Positions 7,331-16,310 of a DNA stretch of 64,000 nt are shown piece by piece. The stretch's first letter is position 1. Each line of letters begins with the position of its first letter. Origin of the DNA: Acidimicrobiia bacterium (GTDB lineage: Bacteria; Actinomycetota; Acidimicrobiia; IMCC26256; PALSA-610); the NCBI GenBank assembly GCA_036271555.1, contig DATBAK010000084.1:15053-79052 (forward strand). Direction: 5' to 3'. The position numbers were made by a program, and so were the translations under genes. The notes beneath the pieces were generated by a model. That model was given only the letters and a program-made list of their open reading frames with translations, was not told the origin of the DNA and did no database searches.

Positions 7331-9465
7331 GGATCCTCGTCGCACACAACCGCTACCGGTCGACGTCGCCGGGCGGCGAGGACCGCGTGGTCGACCAGGA
7401 GCGCGACGCGTTGCAGGCCGCCGGGCACACCGTCGAGCGGTTCGAGCGCTTCAACGACGACATCCAGAGCTGGTCGCTCGCGCGCCGCTCGGCGATCCCG
7501 GCGCGCGTCGTGTGGAACGACGCGGCTCGCCGCGACCTCACGCGCGCGATCGCCGACTTCCGTCCCGACGTCGTGCACGTGCACAACACGTTCCCGCTCC
7601 TCAGCCCGTCGATCCTGCACGCGTGCCGCGCCACCGACGTGTCGGTCGTCGTCACGCTGCACAACTACCGGCTCGCGTGCGCGAGCGGCGACCTCTTCCG
7701 CGACGGACACGTCTGCCACGACTGCCTCGGCCACCGCGCGCTCGGGCCCGGCGTGCGCCACGGCTGCTACCGCGAGGGGTCGTTGCCGACCGCGCCGATC
7801 GCGCTCTCGTCGTCGCTGCACCTCGGTGCGTGGCGCACGATCCCCGCCGCGTTCCTGATGATCTCCGATCGCCAGCGCCAGATCCTCGAGGGGCTCCAGC
7901 TGCCGCCGGAGCGCGTGTTCGTGAAGCCCAACCTCGTACCGGCCGACATCGTGCCGCCGGTACGTCCCGCCCCGCGCCACGTGGTGGTCTACGCGGGTCG
8001 GCTCGCGCCGGCGAAGGGTGTGCCCCTGCTGATGGAGGCGTGGGACCGCTTCCAAGCGGCCGCCGGCGGCGCGCTCCGGCTCGTCATCGCGGGCGCGGGA
8101 CCATTGGAAGCCGCGGTACGGACCTGGGCCAACGGGCGCCCGTCGGTCGACGTGTGCGGCATGCTCAGCCGCGCCGACTGCGCCGCGCTCGTCGCGAGCG
8201 CGCGGGCCGCGATCGTTCCGTCCGCGTGGGAGGAGGCGTTCGGCCTCGTCGCGGTCGAAGCGATGGCCCTCGGCGTCGCGCCGGTCGCCGCCGCGCACGG
8301 CTCGTTCCCGGAGCTCATCGAGGACCGGCACAGCGGGGTGCTCGTCGCGCCCGGCGACGCCGACGCGCTCGCACGCGTCTTCGCGGAGGTCGATCAGCAT
8401 CCCGAACGCTTCGCGGAGTATGGGGCCACCGCGCGCGCCGAGTACGCGCGCCGCTTCGATCCCGACGCGAACGTCGCGCAACTGCTCGATGCGTACCGCT
8501 TCGCGATCGAACATCCGACCCGCCCGCGGCGCACCGCGAGCCCGACGGCCGGCGCCGCCGAGAACCAGATCTGCGAGTTCTGGGACGCGCATCCGTGCGG
8601 GCAGGAGCAGGACGGCGCGCCCCGCGCGTACGACCACGACGATCCCGGCCGGTTCTTCACCGAGTACGACCGCTTCAAGTACGGGATCGAGGCGCACATC
8701 CCCGAGTGTCTCGACCGGCTCGACCTCGCGGGCCGGCGCGTGCTCGAGATCGGTACCGGTGAGGGCGCGGAGTCCGAGCAGCTCATCCGGCGGGGCGCGC
8801 GTTGGACCGGCGTCGACCTCACGCCGGAGTCGATCCGGCGGGTGCGCGCCCGGCTGGACCTGCACGGCCTCCCCTACGACGACCTGCGGCAGGCGAGCGC
8901 GGTCGAGCTGCCGTTCGCCGACAACTCGTTCGACCTCGTGTTCAGCCACGGGGTGCTGCACCACGTCCCCGACATCCACGCCGCGCAGCGCGAGATCCGG
9001 CGCGTGCTGCGCCCCGACGGCGAGCTCGTCGTGATGATGTACGCGCGCTGGTCGTTGAACTACCTCGTCGCGATCGGGCTCATCCGGCGCGCCGCGCTGC
9101 TCGGCGCCTACCCGCTCGTGCGCGCCGGCGTGACGACACGCAACCCGATGGTCGCCGCGCACGTGCGCAACGCGAAGCGCGAGGGCCTGCTGCACTACCT
9201 CCGCCTCCGGCGCTTCGTGCACAGCAACACCGACGGGCCCGACAACCCGTTCGCGCGGGTCTACGACCGGCGCCGGCTGCGCGACGACTTCCCCGACTTC
9301 GACGTCACCGACACCTATCGGCGGTTCATGCACGCGCCGCCGTTGCCGGTGCACGGCACACGGGGCGAGCGGTTTCTCGGCTGGCACCTGTGGGCGCACC
9401 TGCGCCCGCGGGCCGCGGCGCTCGAGCCCGCACGCGGCGAGCCCGCGCTCAGCGGCGCCGAGTAG
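7327..9465 (+). CDS. GT4 glycosyltransferase fused to a class I SAM-dependent methyltransferase
   Basis: ATG at 7327 sits in an ATGA overlap. The N-terminal ~400 aa are GT4-like (MRILVAHNRY..., EEAFGLVAVEAMALGVAPV EX7E motif). The C-terminal ~290 aa carry methyltransferase motif I (VLEIGTGEGAES) and a post-I/II region (FDLVFSHGVLHHVPD). Confidence 0.8.
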   Translation: MRILVAHNRYRSTSPGGEDRVVDQERDALQAAGHTVERFERFNDDIQSWSLARRSAIPARVVWNDAARRDLTRAIADFRPDVVHVHNTFPLLSPSILHACRATDVSVVVTLHNYRLACASGDLFRDGHVCHDCLGHRALGPGVRHGCYREGSLPTAPIALSSSLHLGAWRTIPAAFLMISDRQRQILEGLQLPPERVFVKPNLVPADIVPPVRPAPRHVVVYAGRLAPAKGVPLLMEAWDRFQAAAGGALRLVIAGAGPLEAAVRTWANGRPSVDVCGMLSRADCAALVASARAAIVPSAWEEAFGLVAVEAMALGVAPVAAAHGSFPELIEDRHSGVLVAPGDADALARVFAEVDQHPERFAEYGATARAEYARRFDPDANVAQLLDAYRFAIEHPTRPRRTASPTAGAAENQICEFWDAHPCGQEQDGAPRAYDHDDPGRFFTEYDRFKYGIEAHIPECLDRLDLAGRRVLEIGTGEGAESEQLIRRGARWTGVDLTPESIRRVRARLDLHGLPYDDLRQASAVELPFADNSFDLVFSHGVLHHVPDIHAAQREIRRVLRPDGELVVMMYARWSLNYLVAIGLIRRAALLGAYPLVRAGVTTRNPMVAAHVRNAKREGLLHYLRLRRFVHSNTDGPDNPFARVYDRRRLRDDFPDFDVTDTYRRFMHAPPLPVHGTRGERFLGWHLWAHLRPRAAALEPARGEPALSGAE

Positions 9466-9483
9466 CTCGACCTCGCGGTCGAG
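9466..9483. terminator. candidate bidirectional terminator hairpin between convergent genes
   Basis: CTCGACC-tcgc-GGTCGAG is a perfect 7-bp stem with a 4-nt loop. It lies directly after the TAG at 9463-9465 and 10 nt before the convergent stop at 9493. There is no U-tract. Confidence 0.35.
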
Positions 9484-9492
9484 GCACCCGCA

Positions 9493-11715
9493 CTACGGAT
9501 TCATCGAGCTGTTGTGATCCTGGTTGTACGGGCTCGCCTGCCACGCGGCGAGCTGGAGCTCGGTTCCCTGGTCGTGCGCCATCATCCGCCACGTGCCCGT
9601 GTAGGTGTTGCTCGAGAACACGTTGTTCTGATGGAACGTGATCGCGTTCTCGATGGCCTGGCCCTGGTACGGCGACCACGACGGGTACGTGCCCCACTGC
9701 GAGAACACGCCGTTGAGTCCGCAGCCCTTGTTGAGCGCGCATCCGGGGACCTTCGTCGGGTCGAGGCCGAACTCGTTGTCGTGCACCGACAGGTTCTGCG
9801 TCTTCCAGCGGCAGTCGCTGAAGTACGGCGCGTGGTCGATCGTCCCCGCGACACACGTCGACAGGCTCGCGTGGCCGCCCTCGGTGCAGTCCCTCGTCGG
9901 GTTCGCCGGTGAGTTGCAGAACCGATCCGCGTTCTCCCAGAGGATCACGCCCGACCAGTTGTTCGACAGCACGTTGCCCGAGATCTCGAACGTCGAGTAC
10001 TTCGAGCTGACGCGCGAGTCGCCGCCGCTCTCGGAGATGTAGATCGCGCCGGTCGGGAAGCCCGGGTTCGTCGGGCCGGCCACCCACGCGTTGTTCGCGA
10101 GCGTGTTGTCGTGGATGAAGCCGTTGTAGCTGGCTTCATACATGATTCCTTCGGCGTCGTTGTTCGAGACGTAGTTGCCGCCGATCTCGATGGCGACGTC
10201 GTTCGTGTCGGCCCACACACCGACGCCCTTGTTGTCGTGCACGTAGTTGTTCGTGATCGACGCGCCGCGCACCGCCCAGAGCTTCAGACCGCCGGTGCAG
10301 CCGCAGCCGGGCTGGCGCTTCTCCCAGTCGCCGGTGTTGTTGTCGGCGATCTCGTTGTGGTCGATCACCAGCGCCGAGATGCCGTTGCCCTGTTGGTAGG
10401 CGTTGATCCCGTACTGCCCGTTCGAATCGATGCAGTTGTCGCGGACGGTCTGGTTCGCCCCCGCCATGAGCGCGGCGCCCTGGTTGTCGGCGATGGTGTT
10501 GTTCGCGATCGTCCAGCCATTGGCCGAGTCGTGGTTCACGACACCCTGATCCTGCGGCGACACGAAGTTCCGGATCGTCAGGTGCTCGATCGTCACGTTC
10601 GCGGCGTGCTGCGTGAACGCGAAGTTGTTCTTGCTCTGACCGTCGATCACCGCGCCGGGCGCGCCGACGAACGTGTCGTTGTCGGCCGGGATGACCTGGT
10701 CGTACTCCCCCGACCCGAGCGTGTGGACGCCCGGCGCGAACCAGTACGTGGTGCGCGCGTTCCAGGTGAGGCCGTGGTTGTCGCCCGCGGGCACGACGAT
10801 CGCGCCGGCGGGCGGGGTCGCCGGCCCGTCGAGCACCGAGTGATCGCCGCAGATCTGCGCGGGCGGGGTCTGCGGCGCACCGCCCGGGCTGCCGGGCGTG
10901 GTCGTGGTGGGCGCGGTCGTCGCCGGTGTGGTCGTCGTGGTGACCGGTTCGTCGGCGAGGTTCAGCACGAGCGCGGTCGTGACCGACGTCGGGCCGCTCC
11001 AGCGGGCGTCCGACTCCGCCGCGGCCTTGCCGGCGGGCGTGTTCGTGGCCTCACGCACGCCGTACGTCCAGCGCTGCGTGGGCATGGCACGCGACTGCGA
11101 CGCGCGATCGATCGCGGTCGCGACCTCGCCGCCGACGCCGTCGTTCGTGATCGCGATCTTGCGCGAGCCGTCGGGCGGCGCGAAGTCGACCCGCCAGTGG
11201 GGGCTGCCCTGCGCGAGCACGACGACGGAGTGATCCGACGGGACGTTCACGCTCGGGCCTTGCAGGCCGGTCGCCCCCGCGGCTCCGGCGACGGGTGTCA
11301 CCAGGTCGACGTGCGAGAACGCCATCGTGACCATCGACGCGTGCCCCGCGGGCTGCAGCGTGACACGCGGACGCTCGGCGTTCACCGTCTCGAGGTGCGT
11401 GCACGCGACGAGGCGCGTCGCCTCGCCGTTCACGACGTCGAGCCGCTTGACCCAGCTCGGCGCGCACGTGACCGTCGAGCTCGGCGACGCCTCGACGTAG
11501 CTGACGAGGAAGTCGCCCTTCGCCGTGCCGTGCGGCAGCGCGGTCGACGGCGACGCCGTCGAGCGTCCCGACGACACCGTCGCGTCGCCGATCAGCTCGA
11601 TCTTCGGCTGCGGAGTCGACGCGAACGCGTGTGCGAGCACGGGCACCGCGACGCCGGTTGCGACGAGTGCGATCACTCCGATTCGCAGGCGCCGGTGTGC
11701 GTGATATGAGCGCAT
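9493..11715 (-). CDS. secreted right-handed parallel beta-helix protein (pectate-lyase-fold; probable polysaccharide lyase/hydrolase/epimerase)
   Basis: Chosen start is ATG at 11715, preceded by GGGGGAG. A signal-peptide-like N-terminus follows (RRLRIGVIALVATGVAVPVLAHAFA). A Thr/Pro linker (TTTTPATTAPTTTTPGSPGG) comes next, then repeated beta-helix turns (NNTIADNQGAAL.., IDHNEIADNNTG.., ITNNYVHDNKGVGVW.., NYVSNNDAEGIM.., HDNTLANNAW). The ORF-track start at 12099 is rejected. Confidence 0.75.
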   Translation of the reverse strand: MRSYHAHRRLRIGVIALVATGVAVPVLAHAFASTPQPKIELIGDATVSSGRSTASPSTALPHGTAKGDFLVSYVEASPSSTVTCAPSWVKRLDVVNGEATRLVACTHLETVNAERPRVTLQPAGHASMVTMAFSHVDLVTPVAGAAGATGLQGPSVNVPSDHSVVVLAQGSPHWRVDFAPPDGSRKIAITNDGVGGEVATAIDRASQSRAMPTQRWTYGVREATNTPAGKAAAESDARWSGPTSVTTALVLNLADEPVTTTTTPATTAPTTTTPGSPGGAPQTPPAQICGDHSVLDGPATPPAGAIVVPAGDNHGLTWNARTTYWFAPGVHTLGSGEYDQVIPADNDTFVGAPGAVIDGQSKNNFAFTQHAANVTIEHLTIRNFVSPQDQGVVNHDSANGWTIANNTIADNQGAALMAGANQTVRDNCIDSNGQYGINAYQQGNGISALVIDHNEIADNNTGDWEKRQPGCGCTGGLKLWAVRGASITNNYVHDNKGVGVWADTNDVAIEIGGNYVSNNDAEGIMYEASYNGFIHDNTLANNAWVAGPTNPGFPTGAIYISESGGDSRVSSKYSTFEISGNVLSNNWSGVILWENADRFCNSPANPTRDCTEGGHASLSTCVAGTIDHAPYFSDCRWKTQNLSVHDNEFGLDPTKVPGCALNKGCGLNGVFSQWGTYPSWSPYQGQAIENAITFHQNNVFSSNTYTGTWRMMAHDQGTELQLAAWQASPYNQDHNSSMNP

Positions 11716-12013
11716 CGTCTCGCTCCCCCGTGGACTGCGCATCCGTGGCAGCCAGTCCGATCTCGGCGTCCCCACCTCGGGCCAGGGATCGACGCCCCAC
11801 CGTATTGGCCTTGAGACTGAATGTGGCCGGCGCACGCGGATACGCCGCCGACCTGCACGTTCGCGAGACACGAAACACCCAAATCGCGCGCGCGTGCGGT
11901 TGATCTCGCCCGCGGGACGTCGGTCTGCCCGCTTCTCTCCGCACGCATTCATGAGCACGACCTCATGAGAGGCCGATGCCGCGTACGCGTCGCGATCGCG
12001 AATACTCCGCGCC

Positions 12014-13525
12014 GTGCAACGCGACGACGCGGTCGGTTCTCGTCGGTATCTGGTCGACGGCGCGGTGCTCGCCGGCCTCACCGCGCTCGCGATCTTCACG
12101 CGCGACCGGCCGCTCGCGCCGCACAGCCTCTTCCTCGACGACGCGTGGGTATCGGTCGGCTACCGAAGCCATGGGCTCGCGCAACTCGCGCGCACCACGT
12201 TCACGGCCCCGTTGTTCTCGTTCGCGACCGATCTCTGGCTCAAGGCCGTCGGTCTCACGTCGTTGCACGCGCAGATGCTCGCGTTCGTCGCGGGCGTCGT
12301 CGGTCCCGCGGCCGTGTACCTCGTCGCGCGTTCGATGCGGATGAACCGCGCGGCCGCGCTGGTCGCGGGAGCGCTGCTGCTGTTCGCGCCCTTACACATG
12401 GAGTACTCGTCGCGCGTGAAGGAGTACACGCTCGACGCGCTGCTCACCGCCGCGGTGCTCGTCGTCGCGTGGCGCACGCTCGAGTCGCCGACGCGCCGGA
12501 GGGTGATCGTGCTCACCGCGACCGCGATCGTGGCGAGCGTCGCCTCGTTGACGGTGGCGCCGGTTGTCGCGGGCGCGTTCGCGGCGCTCACAATCCGTGC
12601 CGTCCGCACCCGCACCCACCGCGTCGTCGCCGCGATCGCGACCGGGAGTTACGCGCTCGCGGCGGGCAGCTGGTGGGCCCTCGTCATCCGGCCCGCGTCG
12701 AACTCGCCGCTGCACCGCTACTGGCAGATCGAAGACGGCTTCTGGACCGACGACCACCTGCGGGTGCGCAGCGAGCTCGGCCTCACGCTGGCGCACGTCG
12801 CGCGCGGCTTCTCCGCGCTCCCGCCCGCGCTGACGCTCGCACTCCTCGCGCTCGCGACGATCGTCGCGTTCGCACACGGCATCGAGCGCGCGCTGCTACT
12901 CGTCGTGCCGGGCGCGACCGCACTGCTGCTCTCGGCCGCGAACGTCGCACCGATCGGCGGCCGCGTCGACATCTACCTGTATCCGACGTTCGCGCTGCTG
13001 CTCGCCTTCGCGGTGGAACCGCTGCTCCGGCGGCGCGGCTGGCTCGTGATCGCGCCGATCGCGCTCGTCGCGGTGCTGCTGTCGGTCACACCGCTGCCCC
13101 GCTACTACCCGAACGAGAACCTCGAGCCGCTGGTCGCGTCGCTCGAGGCACGAGCCGCGCCGCGCGACCCGATCGTGATCTACCGGATGAGCGTGTGGGG
13201 GTTCGCGCTGTACACCCGCTGGCCGGTCCGCTTCGTGCGCAGCGCGACGGGCGCGGTCCCGTTCACCGCCGACGTGGCGCGACCCGACATCTACGAGGTC
13301 GCGGGCGGACGACCCGCGAACGTCGTCGACCCGATCGAGGATCGCCGGCGCGTCGACCGGATCTGGTTCCTCGGTTCGCACGCGCGCCTCGTGACCGACG
13401 ACGCGGAGACTCGCACCTTCGAGACCGACGGGTTCCGGCTCGTCTCGCACCTCGGCAACCACAGCGCCTGGCTCGACGAGTTCGTGCGCGCGCCGCGGCA
13501 CGCGCACGCGACCACGACCGCCTAG
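12014..13525 (+). CDS. GT-C fold membrane glycosyltransferase (GT39/ArnT/PMT-like)
   Basis: Polytopic N-terminal two-thirds, with an acidic DD motif in the first loop (LFLDDAWVSVGY), followed by a soluble C-terminal domain. This layout is typical of GT39-like enzymes. The GTG start is not verified. Confidence 0.55.
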   Translation: MQRDDAVGSRRYLVDGAVLAGLTALAIFTRDRPLAPHSLFLDDAWVSVGYRSHGLAQLARTTFTAPLFSFATDLWLKAVGLTSLHAQMLAFVAGVVGPAAVYLVARSMRMNRAAALVAGALLLFAPLHMEYSSRVKEYTLDALLTAAVLVVAWRTLESPTRRRVIVLTATAIVASVASLTVAPVVAGAFAALTIRAVRTRTHRVVAAIATGSYALAAGSWWALVIRPASNSPLHRYWQIEDGFWTDDHLRVRSELGLTLAHVARGFSALPPALTLALLALATIVAFAHGIERALLLVVPGATALLLSAANVAPIGGRVDIYLYPTFALLLAFAVEPLLRRRGWLVIAPIALVAVLLSVTPLPRYYPNENLEPLVASLEARAAPRDPIVIYRMSVWGFALYTRWPVRFVRSATGAVPFTADVARPDIYEVAGGRPANVVDPIEDRRRVDRIWFLGSHARLVTDDAETRTFETDGFRLVSHLGNHSAWLDEFVRAPRHAHATTTA

Positions 13526-13526
13526 C

Positions 13527-14318
13527 TCAATCGCCGCGGAACCGGTCGAAGCCCGGGGTGGAGCACGCGTCACCCGCGTCGGTGATCGCGAAGGCCTCGA
13601 CGCGCGGCTGCGTCGACAGCCACTCCATCCCTTCGACTCCGAGTGCGAGCGCCGCAGTCGCGTGGCCGTCGGCGGTCGCGAGGTCGGGCCCGACGACGCT
13701 GACCGATGCGAGCCCGCGCGCGATGCGACCCGTCCGCGCGTCGAAGACGTGCTCGCCTCGCTCGTACGCACCCGACGTCGCGACCGCGCCATCGGTGAGC
13801 GTGACCATTCCTCTGATCGCATCCGGGCGCGTCGGGTCCTGCAGGCCGATGCGCCACGCGGTCGCGCGCGACGGCGCGCGGACCACGATGTCGCCCCCGG
13901 CGTTGATCGAGAAGTGCGACGAGCCGCGCGCGTGGATGCGCGCCGCGGCCCGGTCGACGGCCCAACCCTTCACGTAGCCGGTCGGGTCGAGCGGACCACG
14001 CCCGCACGTGGGCGTCGGCGGCTCCCCGGCCGCGAACGCGACGTCGAACGCACCATCGCTCGCGCGGCGAAGCTCCTCGCAGCGCTCGAGCACGAGCGCG
14101 ACATCGGGGTCGGCGGCGGTCACCGACAGCTCACCGCGCGCGATCCGAGCGATGTCGCTGTCGACGCGCCACGTGCTGAACACGCGATCGACCCGGTCGA
14201 ACCACGACCACACGTCGTCGAGGGCACGCGGGTCGAGCGCGTCACGCACTTCGATCCGCACGACGGTGCCCCAGACGGGCCGGGTGACGATCAACGGCGC
14301 GTCGGCGGTGGACCTCAC
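13527..14318 (-). CDS. apbE: FAD:protein FMN transferase (ApbE family)
   Basis: The translation has ApbE hallmarks (DVFSTWRVDSDIARI, GYVKGWAVDRAA, INAGGDI, AVATSGAYERG). The GTG start at 14318 overlaps the upstream stop (GTGA). Confidence 0.85.
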   Translation of the reverse strand: MRSTADAPLIVTRPVWGTVVRIEVRDALDPRALDDVWSWFDRVDRVFSTWRVDSDIARIARGELSVTAADPDVALVLERCEELRRASDGAFDVAFAAGEPPTPTCGRGPLDPTGYVKGWAVDRAAARIHARGSSHFSINAGGDIVVRAPSRATAWRIGLQDPTRPDAIRGMVTLTDGAVATSGAYERGEHVFDARTGRIARGLASVSVVGPDLATADGHATAALALGVEGMEWLSTQPRVEAFAITDAGDACSTPGFDRFRGD

Positions 14319-14812
14319 GAGCGGAGCTGATCCAGCGCCGACTGCAGGGACTGCACGTAGGCGTCGCTCGTGTACGTCGCTCCGGAGATGAGGTCGATCT
14401 GCGCGCTCTGCGCCTGGAGCGCCTCGTCGCGCAACATCGGCGCGACCTGGTCGCTGATCTCGGCCGAGCGCGAATGGTCGAACGGCAGCTCGACCGCCTG
14501 AACGTCGGTGATGCGACCGTTGGCGACCGTCACCGCGACTTCCACGTCGCCGTACTGCGTGCCGACCACGGATCCGTCGACGTGGCGCGTGGCCGAGGGC
14601 GCGGGAGTCGTGGTCGTCGCGGTGCTCTTCGGTGAGGTCGCGCGCGTCGCGGGCGTACCCGTCGGCGGCGGCGACGCACCGGCAACGGTCGTCGACGTCG
14701 TCGAGCTCGTCGGCGCGGCGAGCGCGCCCGGCTTGGTGCTGCCGGTATGGAAGTTGGCGAGCAGCGCGAGTCCCCCGACCGTCGCGATGACCGCCGGTAC
14801 GGCGCGTCTCAT
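14315..14812 (-). CDS. secreted/membrane-anchored FMN-binding domain protein (flavinylation substrate)
   Basis: N-terminal hydrophobic anchor, Thr/Ser/Pro-rich linker, then an FMN_bind-type domain ending in the flavinylation motif DLISGATYTS (SGAT). ATG at 14812 is preceded by GGAGGA. Confidence 0.8.
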   Translation of the reverse strand: MRRAVPAVIATVGGLALLANFHTGSTKPGALAAPTSSTTSTTVAGASPPPTGTPATRATSPKSTATTTTPAPSATRHVDGSVVGTQYGDVEVAVTVANGRITDVQAVELPFDHSRSAEISDQVAPMLRDEALQAQSAQIDLISGATYTSDAYVQSLQSALDQLRS

Positions 14813-14828
14813 GGAAGTGCTGTCCTCC

Positions 14829-16229
14829 TCAGAACTCGAAGCGCTCGAAGTGAACCGACGAGTCGGGAACGCCGAGCGCGTGCAGGCGCCGGCGCACCGC
14901 GGCGATCATCGCCGGGGGCCCGCACACGAAGCAGTCACGATTGCGGATGTCGGGCACGAGCCGGCGCAGCATCGGGATGCCAAGCCGGTCGGTCTGGTCG
15001 TCACCGATCTCGAAACCGGTGAGGCAGATCACCTCGATCCCCTTCGCGTCCGCGATCTCGCGCAGCTCGCGCGCGAACACGATGTCGTCGTCCGCGTTCA
15101 CTCGGTAGAGCAGCGTGCAGGCCGTCCCGCGAGGCATCTCGTCGAGCAGCGCTCGCAGCGGCGTGATCCCGATGCCGCCCGCGATCAGCAGGAGCGCGCG
15201 GCCCGAACGTCGGCGCGCGGTGAACGTTCCGAACGGGCCCTCGGCGAAGACACGCGTCCCGGGGCGCACGCGCTGCAGCCGGTGCGTCGTGTCACCGAGG
15301 TCCTTCACCGTGATGCGCAACAGGTTCTTGGTCGGCGCCGCGGAGAGCGAGAGCGGGTGCGCCTTCCACCAGCCCTCGGGTGTGAGGAATCGCCACAGGA
15401 AGAACTGACCCGCGCGTGCGCTCATCCGGTCGAGCTCGTGACCGCTGATGATGATGCTCACGACATCCGGTGCCTCGCGGACAACGTTGCGCACACGCAA
15501 CCGGTGCCGCGCGTTGAACGCCAGCGGCGACGCGACGCGCGACGCGATCACGATGACCGCCGCCGCGACGAACAGACCGACCCAGTAGACGCGCGCGAGC
15601 CGGTCGGTGACGAAGTCGTTGCCGACGGCGAGCTGGTGCGCGAAACCGAGCACCACGGCGAGGTACGCGTACAGGTGGACGAAGTACCACGTCTCGCGTT
15701 GCAACCGACGGCGCGCGGCTCGCACCGACGTGACCGCGAGCGCGACGAGCAGCGCGAGCGCAACGAACGCCATGAGCACGTCGGCGTAGTTGCGCACGAA
15801 GTCCGACGTCTGCGACCACAGCGATACGTGCGCGCTCTGCGCATATCCAATGGTGATCAGTACCGTGTGCCCGACGAGGAGCGAGACCGCGGTGAACCCG
15901 GTCCAGCGGTGCCAGATCGCCAACCGGTCGAGCCCGACGGCGCGCTCCAGCCACGACAGCCGGGTCATGAGCAGCAGCTCGAGCAGCACGACGTACGTGC
16001 CGAGGAGGCCGGTGAGCTGGCCGGTGCCGGTTGCGACACCGCCGGGCGTTCCGAGGGTCGAGACACCGCCGTGCCGCACCCACATGCCGACGATCACGAC
16101 CGCGTTGACCACGGCCAGCATCTCGACGATCCAGGCGCGATCCGCGGCGGCGGCGCGCTCTCGATGGAGCGCACGGAGCGGAGCCGACGGTTGCGCGCGC
16201 GCCGAGGACAACGTCATGACCTCGGACAT
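14829..16229 (-). CDS. ferric reductase-like transmembrane protein with FAD-binding and NAD(P)H-binding (FNR-type) domains
   Basis: N-terminal 6-TM domain with paired His residues (HRWTGF..LLVGHTVL; FVHLYAYLAVVLGFAHQL). The C-terminal FNR-like module carries RxYS-like HPLSLS and GGIGITP nucleotide-binding motifs. Confidence 0.8.
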   Translation of the reverse strand: MSEVMTLSSARAQPSAPLRALHRERAAAADRAWIVEMLAVVNAVVIVGMWVRHGGVSTLGTPGGVATGTGQLTGLLGTYVVLLELLLMTRLSWLERAVGLDRLAIWHRWTGFTAVSLLVGHTVLITIGYAQSAHVSLWSQTSDFVRNYADVLMAFVALALLVALAVTSVRAARRRLQRETWYFVHLYAYLAVVLGFAHQLAVGNDFVTDRLARVYWVGLFVAAAVIVIASRVASPLAFNARHRLRVRNVVREAPDVVSIIISGHELDRMSARAGQFFLWRFLTPEGWWKAHPLSLSAAPTKNLLRITVKDLGDTTHRLQRVRPGTRVFAEGPFGTFTARRRSGRALLLIAGGIGITPLRALLDEMPRGTACTLLYRVNADDDIVFARELREIADAKGIEVICLTGFEIGDDQTDRLGIPMLRRLVPDIRNRDCFVCGPPAMIAAVRRRLHALGVPDSSVHFERFEF

Positions 16230-16310
16230 TGTGACGATTCAGTCTGGGAATCGTCTGAGAACGGTTCGGCCGTTCGGTGAGCGAGCCGCGAGGCCGGCGG
16301 GCTCGCGGGC

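Noticed and set aside
7252-9399. 715-aa minus-strand ORF. Similar very long antisense or off-frame ORFs include 3025-4623(-), 3039-6095(+, N-terminal part), 32561-34558(-), 38979-41621(-), 46926-48284(-), 55489-57201(-) and 11821-13977(+).
   Set aside because: Each lies opposite to, or out of frame with, a gene that has clear family motifs. Their translations are dominated by R, A, G, P, D and E without motifs. Long stop-free frames are expected by chance at this GC content.
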